Source: an uncultured Mollicutes bacterium (GTDB taxonomy: Bacteria > Bacillota_I > Bacilli_A > RFN20 > CAG-288). Taken from it: DNA of 38,799 nucleotides. Positions 1 through 8,625 of the stretch are shown here, in pieces. The position numbers were made by a program, and so were the translations under genes. The notes under the pieces were generated by a model. The model made no database searches, was not told where the DNA came from, and was given only the letters and a program-made list of their open reading frames with translations. Position 1 is the stretch's first letter. Each line of letters starts with the position of its first letter. The stretch spans positions 1 through 38,799 of the forward strand of contig URQF01000002.1 of assembly GCA_900549915.1 (NCBI GenBank). Direction: 5' to 3'.

Positions 1-171
1 ATCACTTCTTTTCACGCTCCGTCACCGGTCTACGCTTTGTGAGTCGCTATCTAGTTCGTCGACAACTACGCCTATTGAGACTTTCACCCTAGAACAATGA
101 CATGCCCATCATACAACGAAACCAGCTAGTACAAGACAAAGAATGATTATCTCGATATTCTAAAGCAAATG

Positions 172-435
172 TAAGACTGAGGCCGCCAGGCCCAGAGCTA
201 GTCCTAGGTGTTCAAGGTCAATCGGACCCTTGAAATCCAGAGGCTAACCGACTACACTAAGAATGAAAGTTATTATGGCTGCTAGGTCTGCCAGTATGTC
301 TAAGACATACCTTAAGAATGATGCAGCTTTTTTTAATTTCACCCTGGCTTCGCCTTGATGGCCCGGCGGTCGTCAGTAGAAGACCTCATATGGATAAATC
401 CTCCATTTCCGGTCTCACCTAATATGGGAACGGAA
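172..435 (+). repeat. Copy A of a 264-bp conserved non-coding element (copy B at 8337..8599, same orientation)
   Basis: Hand alignment of 172..435 with 8337..8599 gives about 20 differences (~92% identity), concentrated in a ~20-nt patch (A 265..280). There are no terminal inverted repeats and no conserved ORF. The element contains several stem-loops, e.g. ttcaagg/ccttgaa at 212..236 and gtatgtc-taa-gacatac at 294..310. Confidence 0.85.
278..334 (+). terminator. Intrinsic-terminator-like hairpin plus T7 run inside repeat copy A
   Basis: Outer stem gctgc (278..282) / gcagc (323..327). Inner perfect 7-bp stem gtatgtc/gacatac. A run of 7 T follows at 328..334. The same structure is conserved in copy B. 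Confidence 0.45.
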
Positions 436-447
436 GAGGAGTTTTTT
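401..447 (+). terminator. Second intrinsic-terminator-like hairpin at the 3' end of repeat copy A
   Basis: Stem ctcc-at-ttccg (401..411) pairs with cggaa-ga-ggag (431..441) and is followed by tttttt (442..447). Repeat homology with copy B stops at 435, inside the descending arm. Confidence 0.45.
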
Positions 448-684
448 CCAAGATAAATCTGAACTGTAAATAAAATGGAAAAGCAGCAACGAGACCTGCA
501 ACAGGCTGATAGAAAGAGACGTGCATTGGAAAGATAGAACGCAGAGAGAATCAAAAAGATAATCAACGCCCAGCCGAGAAGGATTCTCAGCTGGGAAAGT
601 GCGGCGTCTTCCTACTTATTTTGGTTTATAAATCCTCTTTTACATCAATCCATTCGTTCGATTAAGTTAGCGTGATACTAAATC

Positions 685-693
685 TGATATAAT
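685..693 (+). promoter_or_regulatory. Extended -10 box (TGATATAAT) ending 6 nt before the mnmE ATG; possible leaderless transcript
   Basis: The string tgatataat lies at 685..693 and the ATG at 700. No Shine-Dalgarno sequence lies in the intervening tttat. No convincing -35 box was seen. Confidence 0.3.
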
Positions 694-699
694 TTTTAT

Positions 700-2052
700 A
701 TGCTTATTTTTGACACAATTGTTGCTCTGGCAACGCCACCCTATAAGTCAGCGCTGGCTTTAATCCGAATCTCAGGTCCAAAGACAAAGGAAGTCTTGTC
801 CCATCTCATCAAGAAGAACAGGGATGAGGTAATTCCAAACCAAGCTTATTTCGTAAAGCTCTATAAAGACAAGAAAAATCCTGAAACAAAAATTGATGAA
901 GCCGTACTTGTCTTCTACAAAGGACCGAAGTCCTACACTGGATTTGACTCTGCTGATATTTCCATCCATGGTTCTAGGATTATTGCAGAAGAACTCAGGG
1001 ATGCTTGCTGCCTTTATGGAGCAAGAAGAGCAAAACAGGGAGAGTTCTCTGCCCAATCCTATTTCAATGGAAAAAGGGATTTACTGAAAGCAGAAGGTAT
1101 TAATGATCTCATTAATGCAAACAGCAAGGAAGCAAAGGACATCTCTAGGCGTACTCTAAGTGGTGAAAATACCAAAATCGTAGAAGACTTGAAAAATCGT
1201 TTTTTGGAATCCATCGCAGATTTGGAATACTACATTGAAAACCAGTACGATGAAAGTGAAGAAGACTATGAATCCTCTCTGAAAAATGTAAAAGAAAGAC
1301 TAGAGGAAGATGAAAAAGAACTCAGTCTTCTGATAGAGAAAACAAAGAAAGCCAATCAAAAATATTCTGGTTTCACTATCGCAATTGCCGGTGAACCAAA
1401 TGTTGGAAAATCAACTCTTTTAAATGCCATTGTCGGAGAAGACAAAGCTATTGTTTCGCCGATACCTGGAACAACAAGAGATGTCGTGGAAGGAGAAAAA
1501 GAAATCAACGGAATCAAGTTTTCCTTCAAGGATACCGCTGGAATACGAAAGTCAGATGATCCAATCGAGAATCTTGGAATCGAGCGTTCCTTCAAGACAA
1601 TCAAAGAAGCCGATCTTGTTCTTTTTGCTTCGGATAATGGATTCGATGACAGGAAGAAGAACAAAGACCTTCAGGATGTCTTAAAGGACAAGAAAGTCAT
1701 TCTTGTTGCAACAAAAAAAGATATCAGCAAATCAGAGAAAGATGCTGATATTTCCATCTGTTCCTTGAAAGATGATCTGACTCCTTTAAGGAACCTTAGG
1801 TTTGATTATCTAGATCTTAATCAGAAAGAAGATTCAAAATTCCTTGGTAAAAGAGAAGAAGAATTCCTTGAGAAAGTTCAGCAGAACGTAAGAGATACAC
1901 TGACAGCAAGGGAGACTAAGGATGTCGATGTCATCTGTGACACTTTACGTAGGTCTGTGTCTCTCCTGAATGAACTTGAGGGAAACAACCAAAATAAGAC
2001 AAGGGAAGATATCTATCAGACATTATTCAGCAAATTCTGTTTAGGAAAATAG
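700..2052 (+). CDS. mnmE: tRNA modification GTPase MnmE (TrmE)
   Basis: The N-terminus has the RISGP motif. G-domain motifs are GEPNVGKSTLLN, TTRD and DTAG, and the protein ends in CLGK. Eleven in-frame AGG codons are present and no internal ATG. AGG at 1075..1077 falls in NGK-x-DL, where homologues usually carry Met/Ile. Confidence 0.95.
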   Translation: MLIFDTIVALATPPYKSALALIRISGPKTKEVLSHLIKKNRDEVIPNQAYFVKLYKDKKNPETKIDEAVLVFYKGPKSYTGFDSADISIHGSRIIAEELRDACCLYGARRAKQGEFSAQSYFNGKRDLLKAEGINDLINANSKEAKDISRRTLSGENTKIVEDLKNRFLESIADLEYYIENQYDESEEDYESSLKNVKERLEEDEKELSLLIEKTKKANQKYSGFTIAIAGEPNVGKSTLLNAIVGEDKAIVSPIPGTTRDVVEGEKEINGIKFSFKDTAGIRKSDDPIENLGIERSFKTIKEADLVLFASDNGFDDRKKNKDLQDVLKDKKVILVATKKDISKSEKDADISICSLKDDLTPLRNLRFDYLDLNQKEDSKFLGKREEEFLEKVQQNVRDTLTARETKDVDVICDTLRRSVSLLNELEGNNQNKTREDIYQTLFSKFCLGK

Positions 2053-2053
2053 A

Positions 2054-2836
2054 ATGAGAATCATTGATACACATTGTCATCTTGATGATGACAAGCTCTA
2101 TAATATTTCAAAAGATGTTGTAAATAGAGCGAAAGAAGCAGGTGTTATTTATCTTTTTAATACAGCGGATTCCTTGCCATCCTTTGAACGGGTGTTGAAG
2201 CTTGAGGAAAGCTTCCAAGGAACCTGCTATTCGGTCCTTGGAATTCATCCGGAATTCGCTTTGGAAAGTGATGATTATTTCTTTGCTGCCTACAAAGAAA
2301 GGGAAGAGAGAAAGAATCAAATAAAAGCAATTGGTGAAATTGGATTAGACTATCACTATTCCAAAGATGAAACAGTGGTCTGTAAACAGAAGCAAAGATT
2401 CATCGAGCAGATTCGATTAGCTAAAAAGTGGAATCTTCCGATTGTTATTCATTCCCGAGATGCGGATTATGATACGTTCCAGATTATCAAAGAAGAGAAA
2501 CCGGAAAGCATCGATCTTCACTGCTATTCTGGAAGTTCAGAACTATTAGATGAATACTTGAGATTACCTGTCAAGATGCACATTGGAATCGGTGGAGTAT
2601 CCACTTTCAAGAATGCTAAGACAATCCAGAGAGTCATCAAAGAGCACGATATCTCTCTTTTCCTAAGTGAAACCGATTGTCCTTATCTTGCTCCGACCCC
2701 TCATCGCGGAGAAACCAATGAACCCTGTTATCTGCCATTGATTATCAATCAAATAGCAAGGCTAAAAGAAAAAGACGTAGAAGAAACAGCAGAACAGATC
2801 TATCAGAACGGAGCGACATTCTATGGAAGGAAATAG
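2054..2836 (+). CDS. tatD: TatD-family metal-dependent hydrolase/DNase (YabD-like)
   Basis: Motifs IDTHCHL, GEIGLDYHY, HSRDA, DLHCYSG and ETDCPYLAPTPHRGE (this Arg is CGC). The gene sits in the Firmicutes-typical order tatD-rnmV-ksgA. Confidence 0.9.
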   Translation: MRIIDTHCHLDDDKLYNISKDVVNRAKEAGVIYLFNTADSLPSFERVLKLEESFQGTCYSVLGIHPEFALESDDYFFAAYKEREERKNQIKAIGEIGLDYHYSKDETVVCKQKQRFIEQIRLAKKWNLPIVIHSRDADYDTFQIIKEEKPESIDLHCYSGSSELLDEYLRLPVKMHIGIGGVSTFKNAKTIQRVIKEHDISLFLSETDCPYLAPTPHRGETNEPCYLPLIINQIARLKEKDVEETAEQIYQNGATFYGRK

Positions 2837-3395
2837 GACAGAAAAAGAATGGATGGAACGGGAAAACCGGCGTTACATCTATATCTGTGAAGGAGCAACG
2901 GATGAAGACAAGCTAAGGAAGCTTGGCTGTCTGTTTGTAGTCAAAACCGGAGGGAAGTTTATCAAGAAAGATATTATTTCTTTTCTTCAGCTCTGCTACA
3001 AGGTCCGGGAACTTGTCATTATTACAGATCCGGATGGTCCAGGAAGAGATATCCAGAACTATATTGAAGAAAAAGTCGGTCCCTGCCATGTCATCGAAGC
3101 AAAGAAAGCAGATGCCATTAAAAAGGGAAAAGTCGGTATTGCGCAGAGGGAAAGGGAAGACCTCAAGAAGCTTCTTCGTCCTTATATCCGGCATGACATC
3201 ACAGTCGACGAGAATCTTTCCTTTGAAGATGAGACCTTCGAAGAACTTGGATTGACGGGGGCTGGAAGCAAAGCAAAAAGAAGGAAACTTGTCGAAAAAT
3301 ACCATTTGATCTATACATCCAGCAAGAATGTGGAAGATGCCAGGTTAAGGCTCTGCAAGACAAGAGAAGAACTAAGGGAGGATATTCAAGGATGA
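2823..3395 (+). CDS. rnmV: Ribonuclease M5 (TOPRIM domain, 5S rRNA maturase)
   Basis: TOPRIM motifs ICEGATDEDKL and IITDPDGPG. The stop is TGA at 3393..3395, overlapping the rsmA ATG (ATGA). An alternative in-frame ATG at 2853 gives an N-terminus closer to homologues. Confidence 0.85.
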   Translation: MEGNRTEKEWMERENRRYIYICEGATDEDKLRKLGCLFVVKTGGKFIKKDIISFLQLCYKVRELVIITDPDGPGRDIQNYIEEKVGPCHVIEAKKADAIKKGKVGIAQREREDLKKLLRPYIRHDITVDENLSFEDETFEELGLTGAGSKAKRRKLVEKYHLIYTSSKNVEDARLRLCKTREELREDIQG

Positions 3396-4207
3396 CAGAA
3401 CAGGGAAGAATTCAATCCTTACTGGATACGTATGGACTCTCTCCGAAGAAATCCTTCGGTCAGAATTTTTTAATCAACGAAGGAATCCTGAACCGGATTG
3501 TCAAAGGAAGGAACGTAGATTCCTTTGATACTGTCATTGAAATAGGTCCTGGCTTAGGTTCTAGGACTACCCGCATCCAACCATTAGCAAAGAAGCTAAT
3601 CTGTGTTGATGCAGACCGGGACAGGGTTGCTGTTCTAAAAGACTTATTCAAAGATAAAGAGAATACAACCATCATCAACTCTGATTTCCTTCGTTTTGAT
3701 CCAGATACCTGTTCAAAGAAAGAATCCCGTCTTAGGATGGGAAACCTTCCATACAACATTACTTCCGAACTTTTAAACTACAGGCTTGAAAAAGGATTCC
3801 AAAGTGCAGGAGTCATGGTGCAGAAAGAAGTCGCTGATAAACTGATTTATGAGCCGGATAAGAAAACAGATACTCCTCTAGGCGCTTATCTTAAAAGGAC
3901 AAGTGAGGTCAATGTTCTGACTTTTGTGGATCGTTCTTGTTTTAATCCGGTTCCAAAAGTCGACTCTGCTTTTATCCGGATTGACCATAAGAAAGATGTT
4001 ACTATCCGTGCTTTATCCGTTCTGACAGCTCTCTTCCGGGATCCAAACAAAACGAGGAACAACTGTCTCAAGAATGTCTATGGTAAAGATTTCCCGCTTT
4101 GCCTCTCGGAAGATACTAGAAATAGGCTCTCCTACCGGGCACGGCAATTAACAGCTGATGAACTAGAAAAGATTTGCTTAGACATCGACCATCATATCGT
4201 ACGATAA
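3392..4207 (+). CDS. rsmA: 16S rRNA (adenine1518/1519-N6)-dimethyltransferase RsmA/KsgA
   Basis: Motifs FGQNFL, EIGPGLGS-x-T (x is AGG at 3563..3565) and GNLPYNI. Confidence 0.92.
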   Translation: MTEQGRIQSLLDTYGLSPKKSFGQNFLINEGILNRIVKGRNVDSFDTVIEIGPGLGSRTTRIQPLAKKLICVDADRDRVAVLKDLFKDKENTTIINSDFLRFDPDTCSKKESRLRMGNLPYNITSELLNYRLEKGFQSAGVMVQKEVADKLIYEPDKKTDTPLGAYLKRTSEVNVLTFVDRSCFNPVPKVDSAFIRIDHKKDVTIRALSVLTALFRDPNKTRNNCLKNVYGKDFPLCLSEDTRNRLSYRARQLTADELEKICLDIDHHIVR

Positions 4208-4212
4208 TCCGT

Positions 4213-4248
4213 AAACAGGATTAGAGAAAAACTCTGACCCTGTTTTTT
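4213..4248 (+). terminator. Rho-independent terminator between the convergent rsmA and the minus-strand small ORF
   Basis: Arms aaacagg-att-agag and ctct-gac-cctgttt form an interrupted stem around an aaaaa loop, followed by a T run (to 4248). Confidence 0.5.
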
Positions 4249-4573
4249 ATTTCCGCCCCAGCAAGAAATCAGTCAAAGAAATAACTTCAATCTTATTCCC
4301 CTTAACGAAAAGCTCTCTCTTGTCTTCTTTCGTTACAATATAAAGCTTATATTTTCCGTTTTCCTTTTCGTTTAATCGTAAAAGTTGACTCACTTCTCTA
4401 TCAAAGGTTTCTTGTTTTTCCATTGAATAGCATGCCTGAACAGCAACATTTTCTTCTGTTTTGTCTATCATACTTTCTGCTTTTTGCGTTTTTTGGTCAA
4501 CACATTGACCGTTTTTATCTTTTTTTGTTAATTGTATTGACCGTATTATAAAAAAACAGATGCGTATATTCAT
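4247..4573 (-). CDS. Hypothetical small protein (start uncertain)
   Basis: The ORF-track frame is 4247..4735, but its first 127 nt overlap the permease 3' end in another frame. I trimmed it to the first ATG downstream of the permease stop. No recognisable motif and only a weak RBS. Confidence 0.3.
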   Translation of the reverse strand: MNIRICFFIIRSIQLTKKDKNGQCVDQKTQKAESMIDKTEENVAVQACYSMEKQETFDREVSQLLRLNEKENGKYKLYIVTKEDKRELFVKGNKIEVISLTDFLLGRK

Positions 4574-4608
4574 AGCTTCTATAGCTAAGAATACTTCAAA
4601 AATAGTTT

Positions 4609-5934
4609 TTAGTATGGTAGATAATTCAACACTGTCAACATGGAAAGAAGAGTCGGAATACAGATTGGAGCACAGTATTTTATAAAGGTAAGGTAGTTCC
4701 TTTTGATTTCCTGTTTTTTCAATAGATTCCTCCACCTAAGGCCCGCCAAGGCTCCAATCGGAGTGAAGAACGCAGCAACATTGGAAGCAATAATAGAGGC
4801 ATAGATGGCATTCGTCTGTGCTCCAGTAAGAAGAGTAGAGTAGAAAACAGCCCTAGGAATATTGTTAATCAGATTCGCGGTTAATAATCCGCTTAAACCA
4901 TAGGAAAAAACTTGGTTTGTACTTTGCAGTGCTTGGCTGATATGAAGACTCACACCTGTTTCATTAATAGCAAGGACAAGAACAAACCTAGATAAAACAA
5001 AAGAAATCAGGTTATAAGGAATTCGTTTGAGAGTAGGAACGATATGGTTCTCTTTTGTTACCAAGGCATAAACAAGACTGAAGATTAAAAGGGATAAAGC
5101 AAAGCAGAGAGCAATCAACCACCTAGGCCAATTACAGAAGGAAGAGATAGAAAGAAGGATCGTTGCCCCGCAAAGATGAATCAAACCAACAATTGTCGGA
5201 AACTTCTTCAGTTGAATGGATTGAGAATCATCCTGATAAAGGAGTGGATCCTTTAAGTTCTTATGGAAGATAATCAATAACCTGAGTAAGGAAACAAGGC
5301 CGCCGACAATTGTCGGAACACTCCTTTTCTCAAAATAAGTAAAGAACGAAATGTTCTCGTAAGAAGCCAGATAGATATTGGTTGGATTACCAATGATCAG
5401 TAGACTCGACCAAGTATTGGCAGCAACAAATTCCCTGATAAGGTAAGGAAGAGGAGAAACCTTGCATCGTTTGCAGAAATAACAAAGGAAGGGAGTAAAG
5501 GTAAGAATAATGATGTCATTGGAAGTAAAGACAGTCAGAACAGAAATCAAAAGATAAAGACAAAGGAACAGAGAATACTGGTTTTTTCTAAATCTCTTTG
5601 CAAAGCTTTCTGCCAGGAAAGAAAAGAATCCTTGTTCATCCAGGAAAATAGAGAGAATAGTCCTAGAAAGGAAGAGCACAAGAATCTTCAATGGATTGAT
5701 TCCGCTATCTGAAGTAAAGGATGAGATGACTTCCTTCCTATCTACACACTGGCATGCGAGTAGAAGAATGGCGCCAAGAAGAGTGACCATCCAGAAAGTC
5801 GATAAATGTAGCTTCCCTAGTTTAATGGAAGGAAAGAAGAGAGCAGTTACTAGGAAAAGTAAAATCGTTATGCAGGCAATGGATAAGCTCAGAACCATAT
5901 CATAAAAATTATAAGTACTTCCTTTTCCTAGCAA
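4609..5934 (-). CDS. ArsB/NhaD-superfamily (ion transporter superfamily) permease
   Basis: Polytopic membrane protein with the GNPTNIYLAS motif typical of ArsB/NhaD/CitMHS-type permeases. AGG codons at 4729..4731 and 4735..4737 lie in a hydrophobic segment (GL-x-W-x-NLL). Confidence 0.6.
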   Translation of the reverse strand: MLGKGSTYNFYDMVLSLSIACITILLFLVTALFFPSIKLGKLHLSTFWMVTLLGAILLLACQCVDRKEVISSFTSDSGINPLKILVLFLSRTILSIFLDEQGFFSFLAESFAKRFRKNQYSLFLCLYLLISVLTVFTSNDIIILTFTPFLCYFCKRCKVSPLPYLIREFVAANTWSSLLIIGNPTNIYLASYENISFFTYFEKRSVPTIVGGLVSLLRLLIIFHKNLKDPLLYQDDSQSIQLKKFPTIVGLIHLCGATILLSISSFCNWPRWLIALCFALSLLIFSLVYALVTKENHIVPTLKRIPYNLISFVLSRFVLVLAINETGVSLHISQALQSTNQVFSYGLSGLLTANLINNIPRAVFYSTLLTGAQTNAIYASIIASNVAAFFTPIGALAGLRWRNLLKKQEIKRNYLTFIKYCAPICIPTLLSMLTVLNYLPY

Positions 5935-6129
5935 TTCTGAAAACGCCTACATCGAAAAACAATGATGTCAAAGCAATACGAAATGTAGTTTTTTTCCAGC
6001 AAACACGCTCCTTAAAAACGCTATCTTGCTTGTTTTCTAATGTAGAAGGCAAAATCCGTTTTTCTTATTAACTCTAGGCGTTACAATGAATGGAAGCCAT
6101 TATCCGGCATCATAAACAGGTAATAAACG

Positions 6130-8334
6130 ATGAAAAAAAGCACACTGTCCATTCTTCTTTTCTTATCACTGCTACCTTTAGCAGGATGCGAAAAGACAAA
6201 TCGACCTTCACAAACAGAAACGCCTACCGTTTCTGCCACAGAGGCAAAAGCTGAAAAGATTTTATATATCGATAATTATCCGCTCACTGCTTATTACCAA
6301 TATGAATTGCTCGACTTATCGGATCTTGTCGTTGCTTCTCTTACTTATGTCAATGGTAAGCCGGTCGGAGAAAAAGAAATCATTACGGATTATCGAATTA
6401 CAGATGAAGAAAAGAATGTCATCCAAGATAAAAAGAGGCTAACAGAAACCGGTAACTATAACTACACAATCTCAAAAGAAGGATACACATCTTGTACTCT
6501 TTCTATTGAAGTCTATCCATCTACGGATTTCAAACAGACTCTAGGAATCACCTCTTATCCAAAAACGGGATATAAAATCGGTGAGACGTTCTCCCCAGAT
6601 GGGCTTTTGATGACTCTGAAAACGCATAGGAAGACAGAAGAAGGCGCAAAAGATTTTGCTGTTGCGGTCACAGACTATACAAGGACCATCGACGGAGAAG
6701 AGGCCAAAAACTATGTTTTCAGCGATTATAAGATGCATACCTTAAAAATCACTGTGGATGGCTACGCAGGTCCTATCAGTGTGAATATCTCCCTATCAGC
6801 AACTTCTGAAAACAACAAATTTGAAAAGAATTCATATTCTGATGACTCCGTGAGTTGGAAAGATAGTACATCAAAAATGAAATTGTCCATTTCTTCTGGA
6901 AAAGAAGAAAACGGAACACCAAGCACAAAGACTTTATATACTTCCGATGAGGTCAAGTTGAAGTATACAAGGGCAGACTATAGCCAAGCAAATATCTATA
7001 ACTGGCACTACATGCCATCCAAAGGAAACGTGCCATTGCTTGTCATACCAATTGTCATGCCGGGGTATGAAAACGATGCAACAAATGAAACATGGAAAAG
7101 AATCAACACCTGCTTCTTTGGAGACTCTTCCGATACCACTTTCGAGTCGCTTCGATCCTATTACTATAAATCTAGTTTTGGTCAGCTCAATCTGACAGGT
7201 GGCGTCACTGGATACGTCAACGCATCCGAGCTAGCTCCTTCTAGGAACACAGAGAATATTTCCAGTGATGACACTGCAAAATTAGCAGATCTTGCCTGCA
7301 GCTGGGCTAGGAAAACCTATAATCTAAACGCAAAAGATTTTGATACCGATCAAGACGGGACCATCGATGGCAGGTGGATTATTTATCTTCATGATATCGA
7401 TTCCAATAGCAACTACTGGGGCTTTACTGCCACCACAGGAAAAGTCGGCACGAAAGAGAATCCCTGCGTTAATAGCTATGGGTGGGCAGGAACACAGTTT
7501 TTGGATGACTACTGCTACACCTATCAGCATCAGGATATCAACGATGCCCATGTCATCATTCACGAAACAGGACATAGGTTAGGCCTTACCGATTACTACT
7601 CCTATGGAAAGCAAACCTATTCTCCTCTTGGCGGAAAAGATAGGATGGACAACAATGTCTTTGATCACAATCCCTATTCGAAGAGGTTGCTGGGCTGGGT
7701 GACTCCAAACGTAGTTACAGGGTCTGTCGATGATAGGAGCTTATACACTTCCTCTCATAAAGAGGATTCAAGGGTAGTCATTCCTTCGAACGATTATGTT
7801 CCAGAGATTGATTCAGACGGAAAACTCCTCTTCAATCCATTTGATGAATATCTAGTAATTGACTGCTTTGCAAACCGCAACAGGAACACAGAAGGATGGG
7901 AGATCTATCATAGGGATCCATTGAATGGACAAGGCGGACGAGTCTTCCATGTTGATTCCAGACTGATGGATTCTGATACGGGGAAGCTGACAGATGATCC
8001 AAGTTCTCTTTTCACTTTACAGAAAACAATAACAGGGTTAAAGGAACAGCCACACGCCTTACATCCGATTTCTAATACAGAATCCGGTGAACGCGCTGAA
8101 CACAACTATGGGCTCCCCAAGAGTGCAGATGCCTATGATGAAATCCGTCTTATTTCTGGATGGGGTGTTGATATTCCGCTTTCTCAAACTCACACTCAGT
8201 CCTTAGATGATCTCTTCAAAAAGAATCAATCATTCTCTCTGTCTTCCTTCCCAAACAAGTTCAACGGAAACGGATTCAACTCTGGTTCCTCTTGTTCCTA
8301 TAAAGTGACATTTGTTGACGTGCCATCCAACTAA
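6130..8334 (+). CDS. Secreted lipoprotein, M6 (immune inhibitor A)-like zinc metalloprotease
   Basis: Signal peptide with lipobox LPLAGC. Zinc site HETGH-x-LGLTDYY, where x is AGG at 7576..7578. The long N-terminal region looks like beta-rich, Ig-like domains. Confidence 0.7.
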   Translation: MKKSTLSILLFLSLLPLAGCEKTNRPSQTETPTVSATEAKAEKILYIDNYPLTAYYQYELLDLSDLVVASLTYVNGKPVGEKEIITDYRITDEEKNVIQDKKRLTETGNYNYTISKEGYTSCTLSIEVYPSTDFKQTLGITSYPKTGYKIGETFSPDGLLMTLKTHRKTEEGAKDFAVAVTDYTRTIDGEEAKNYVFSDYKMHTLKITVDGYAGPISVNISLSATSENNKFEKNSYSDDSVSWKDSTSKMKLSISSGKEENGTPSTKTLYTSDEVKLKYTRADYSQANIYNWHYMPSKGNVPLLVIPIVMPGYENDATNETWKRINTCFFGDSSDTTFESLRSYYYKSSFGQLNLTGGVTGYVNASELAPSRNTENISSDDTAKLADLACSWARKTYNLNAKDFDTDQDGTIDGRWIIYLHDIDSNSNYWGFTATTGKVGTKENPCVNSYGWAGTQFLDDYCYTYQHQDINDAHVIIHETGHRLGLTDYYSYGKQTYSPLGGKDRMDNNVFDHNPYSKRLLGWVTPNVVTGSVDDRSLYTSSHKEDSRVVIPSNDYVPEIDSDGKLLFNPFDEYLVIDCFANRNRNTEGWEIYHRDPLNGQGGRVFHVDSRLMDSDTGKLTDDPSSLFTLQKTITGLKEQPHALHPISNTESGERAEHNYGLPKSADAYDEIRLISGWGVDIPLSQTHTQSLDDLFKKNQSFSLSSFPNKFNGNGFNSGSSCSYKVTFVDVPSN

Positions 8335-8336
8335 GC

Positions 8337-8599
8337 TAAGACTGAGGCCGCCAGGCCAAGAGCTAGCCTAGATGTTCAAGGTCAATCGGACCCTTGAAAT
8401 CCAGAAGCTAACCGACTACACTAAGAATGATTTCAATAATTGCTGCTAGGTCTGCCAGTATGTCTAAGACATACCTTAAGACTGATGCAGCTTTTTTAAA
8501 TTTCACCCTGGCTTCGCCTTGATGGCCTGGCGGTCGTCAGTATAAGACCTCATCTGGATTAATCCTCCATTTCCGGTCTCACCTAATATGGGAACGGAA
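8337..8599 (+). repeat. Copy B of the 264-bp conserved non-coding element
   Basis: It starts 2 nt after the protease stop codon (8332..8334) and aligns end to end with 172..435. Homology ends at cggaa (8599), 26 nt from the integrase stop. Confidence 0.85.
8442..8497 (+). terminator. Intrinsic terminator of the metalloprotease gene (inside repeat copy B)
   Basis: Stem gctgc (8442..8446) / gcagc (8487..8491) with the inner gtatgtc/gacatac hairpin, followed by T6 (8492..8497). Confidence 0.55.
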
Positions 8600-8625
8600 A
8601 TACAGAAATTTCCAACTATTTATTT

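Noticed and set aside
279-300. The minus-strand string ctagcagcc ataataa looked like a tmRNA tag ending (..LAA stop).
   Set aside because: No in-frame stop follows the Ala codons in either copy, and there is no tRNA-like acceptor/T-arm or GGGG 5' end. It is not tmRNA.
335-347. The minus-strand string ccagggtgaaatt resembles the FMN (RFN) riboswitch core GGGTGAAATTCC.
   Set aside because: None of the other conserved RFN segments is present. In copy B there is no downstream gene in the right orientation.
358-456. 32-codon plus-strand ORF inside repeat copy A (MARRSSVEDLIW...).
   Set aside because: The equivalent frame in copy B has a stop at codon 8 (gta taa at about 8538). It is not conserved, so the repeat is not explained by a small peptide gene.
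339-566. 75-aa minus-strand ORF from the track.
   Set aside because: It lies across the non-coding repeat and its flank. The part inside the repeat is not kept as an ORF partner in copy B. It has no RBS, and its composition is low-complexity Cys/Ser/Phe. I treat it as spurious.
569-595. A strong hairpin (cccagc-c-gagaa-gga-ttctc-a-gctggg) upstream of mnmE, considered as a terminator or attenuator.
   Set aside because: No T run follows on the plus strand, and only a weak, distant one on the minus strand. I recognise no riboswitch or T-box features. Its function is undetermined.
3393-3395. Possibility of Mollicutes code 4 (TGA = Trp), given the lineage flavour.
   Set aside because: TGA terminates rnmV in a classic ATGA stop/start overlap with rsmA. 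Family-length ORFs are obtained with TGA as a stop, and Trp positions use TGG. Only AGG looks reassigned.
4574-4735. The N-terminal 54 codons of the 162-aa ORF from the track (GTG start at 4735).
   Set aside because: This part overlaps the 3' end of the well-supported permease gene by 127 nt in another frame. I trimmed the call to the first ATG after the permease stop.
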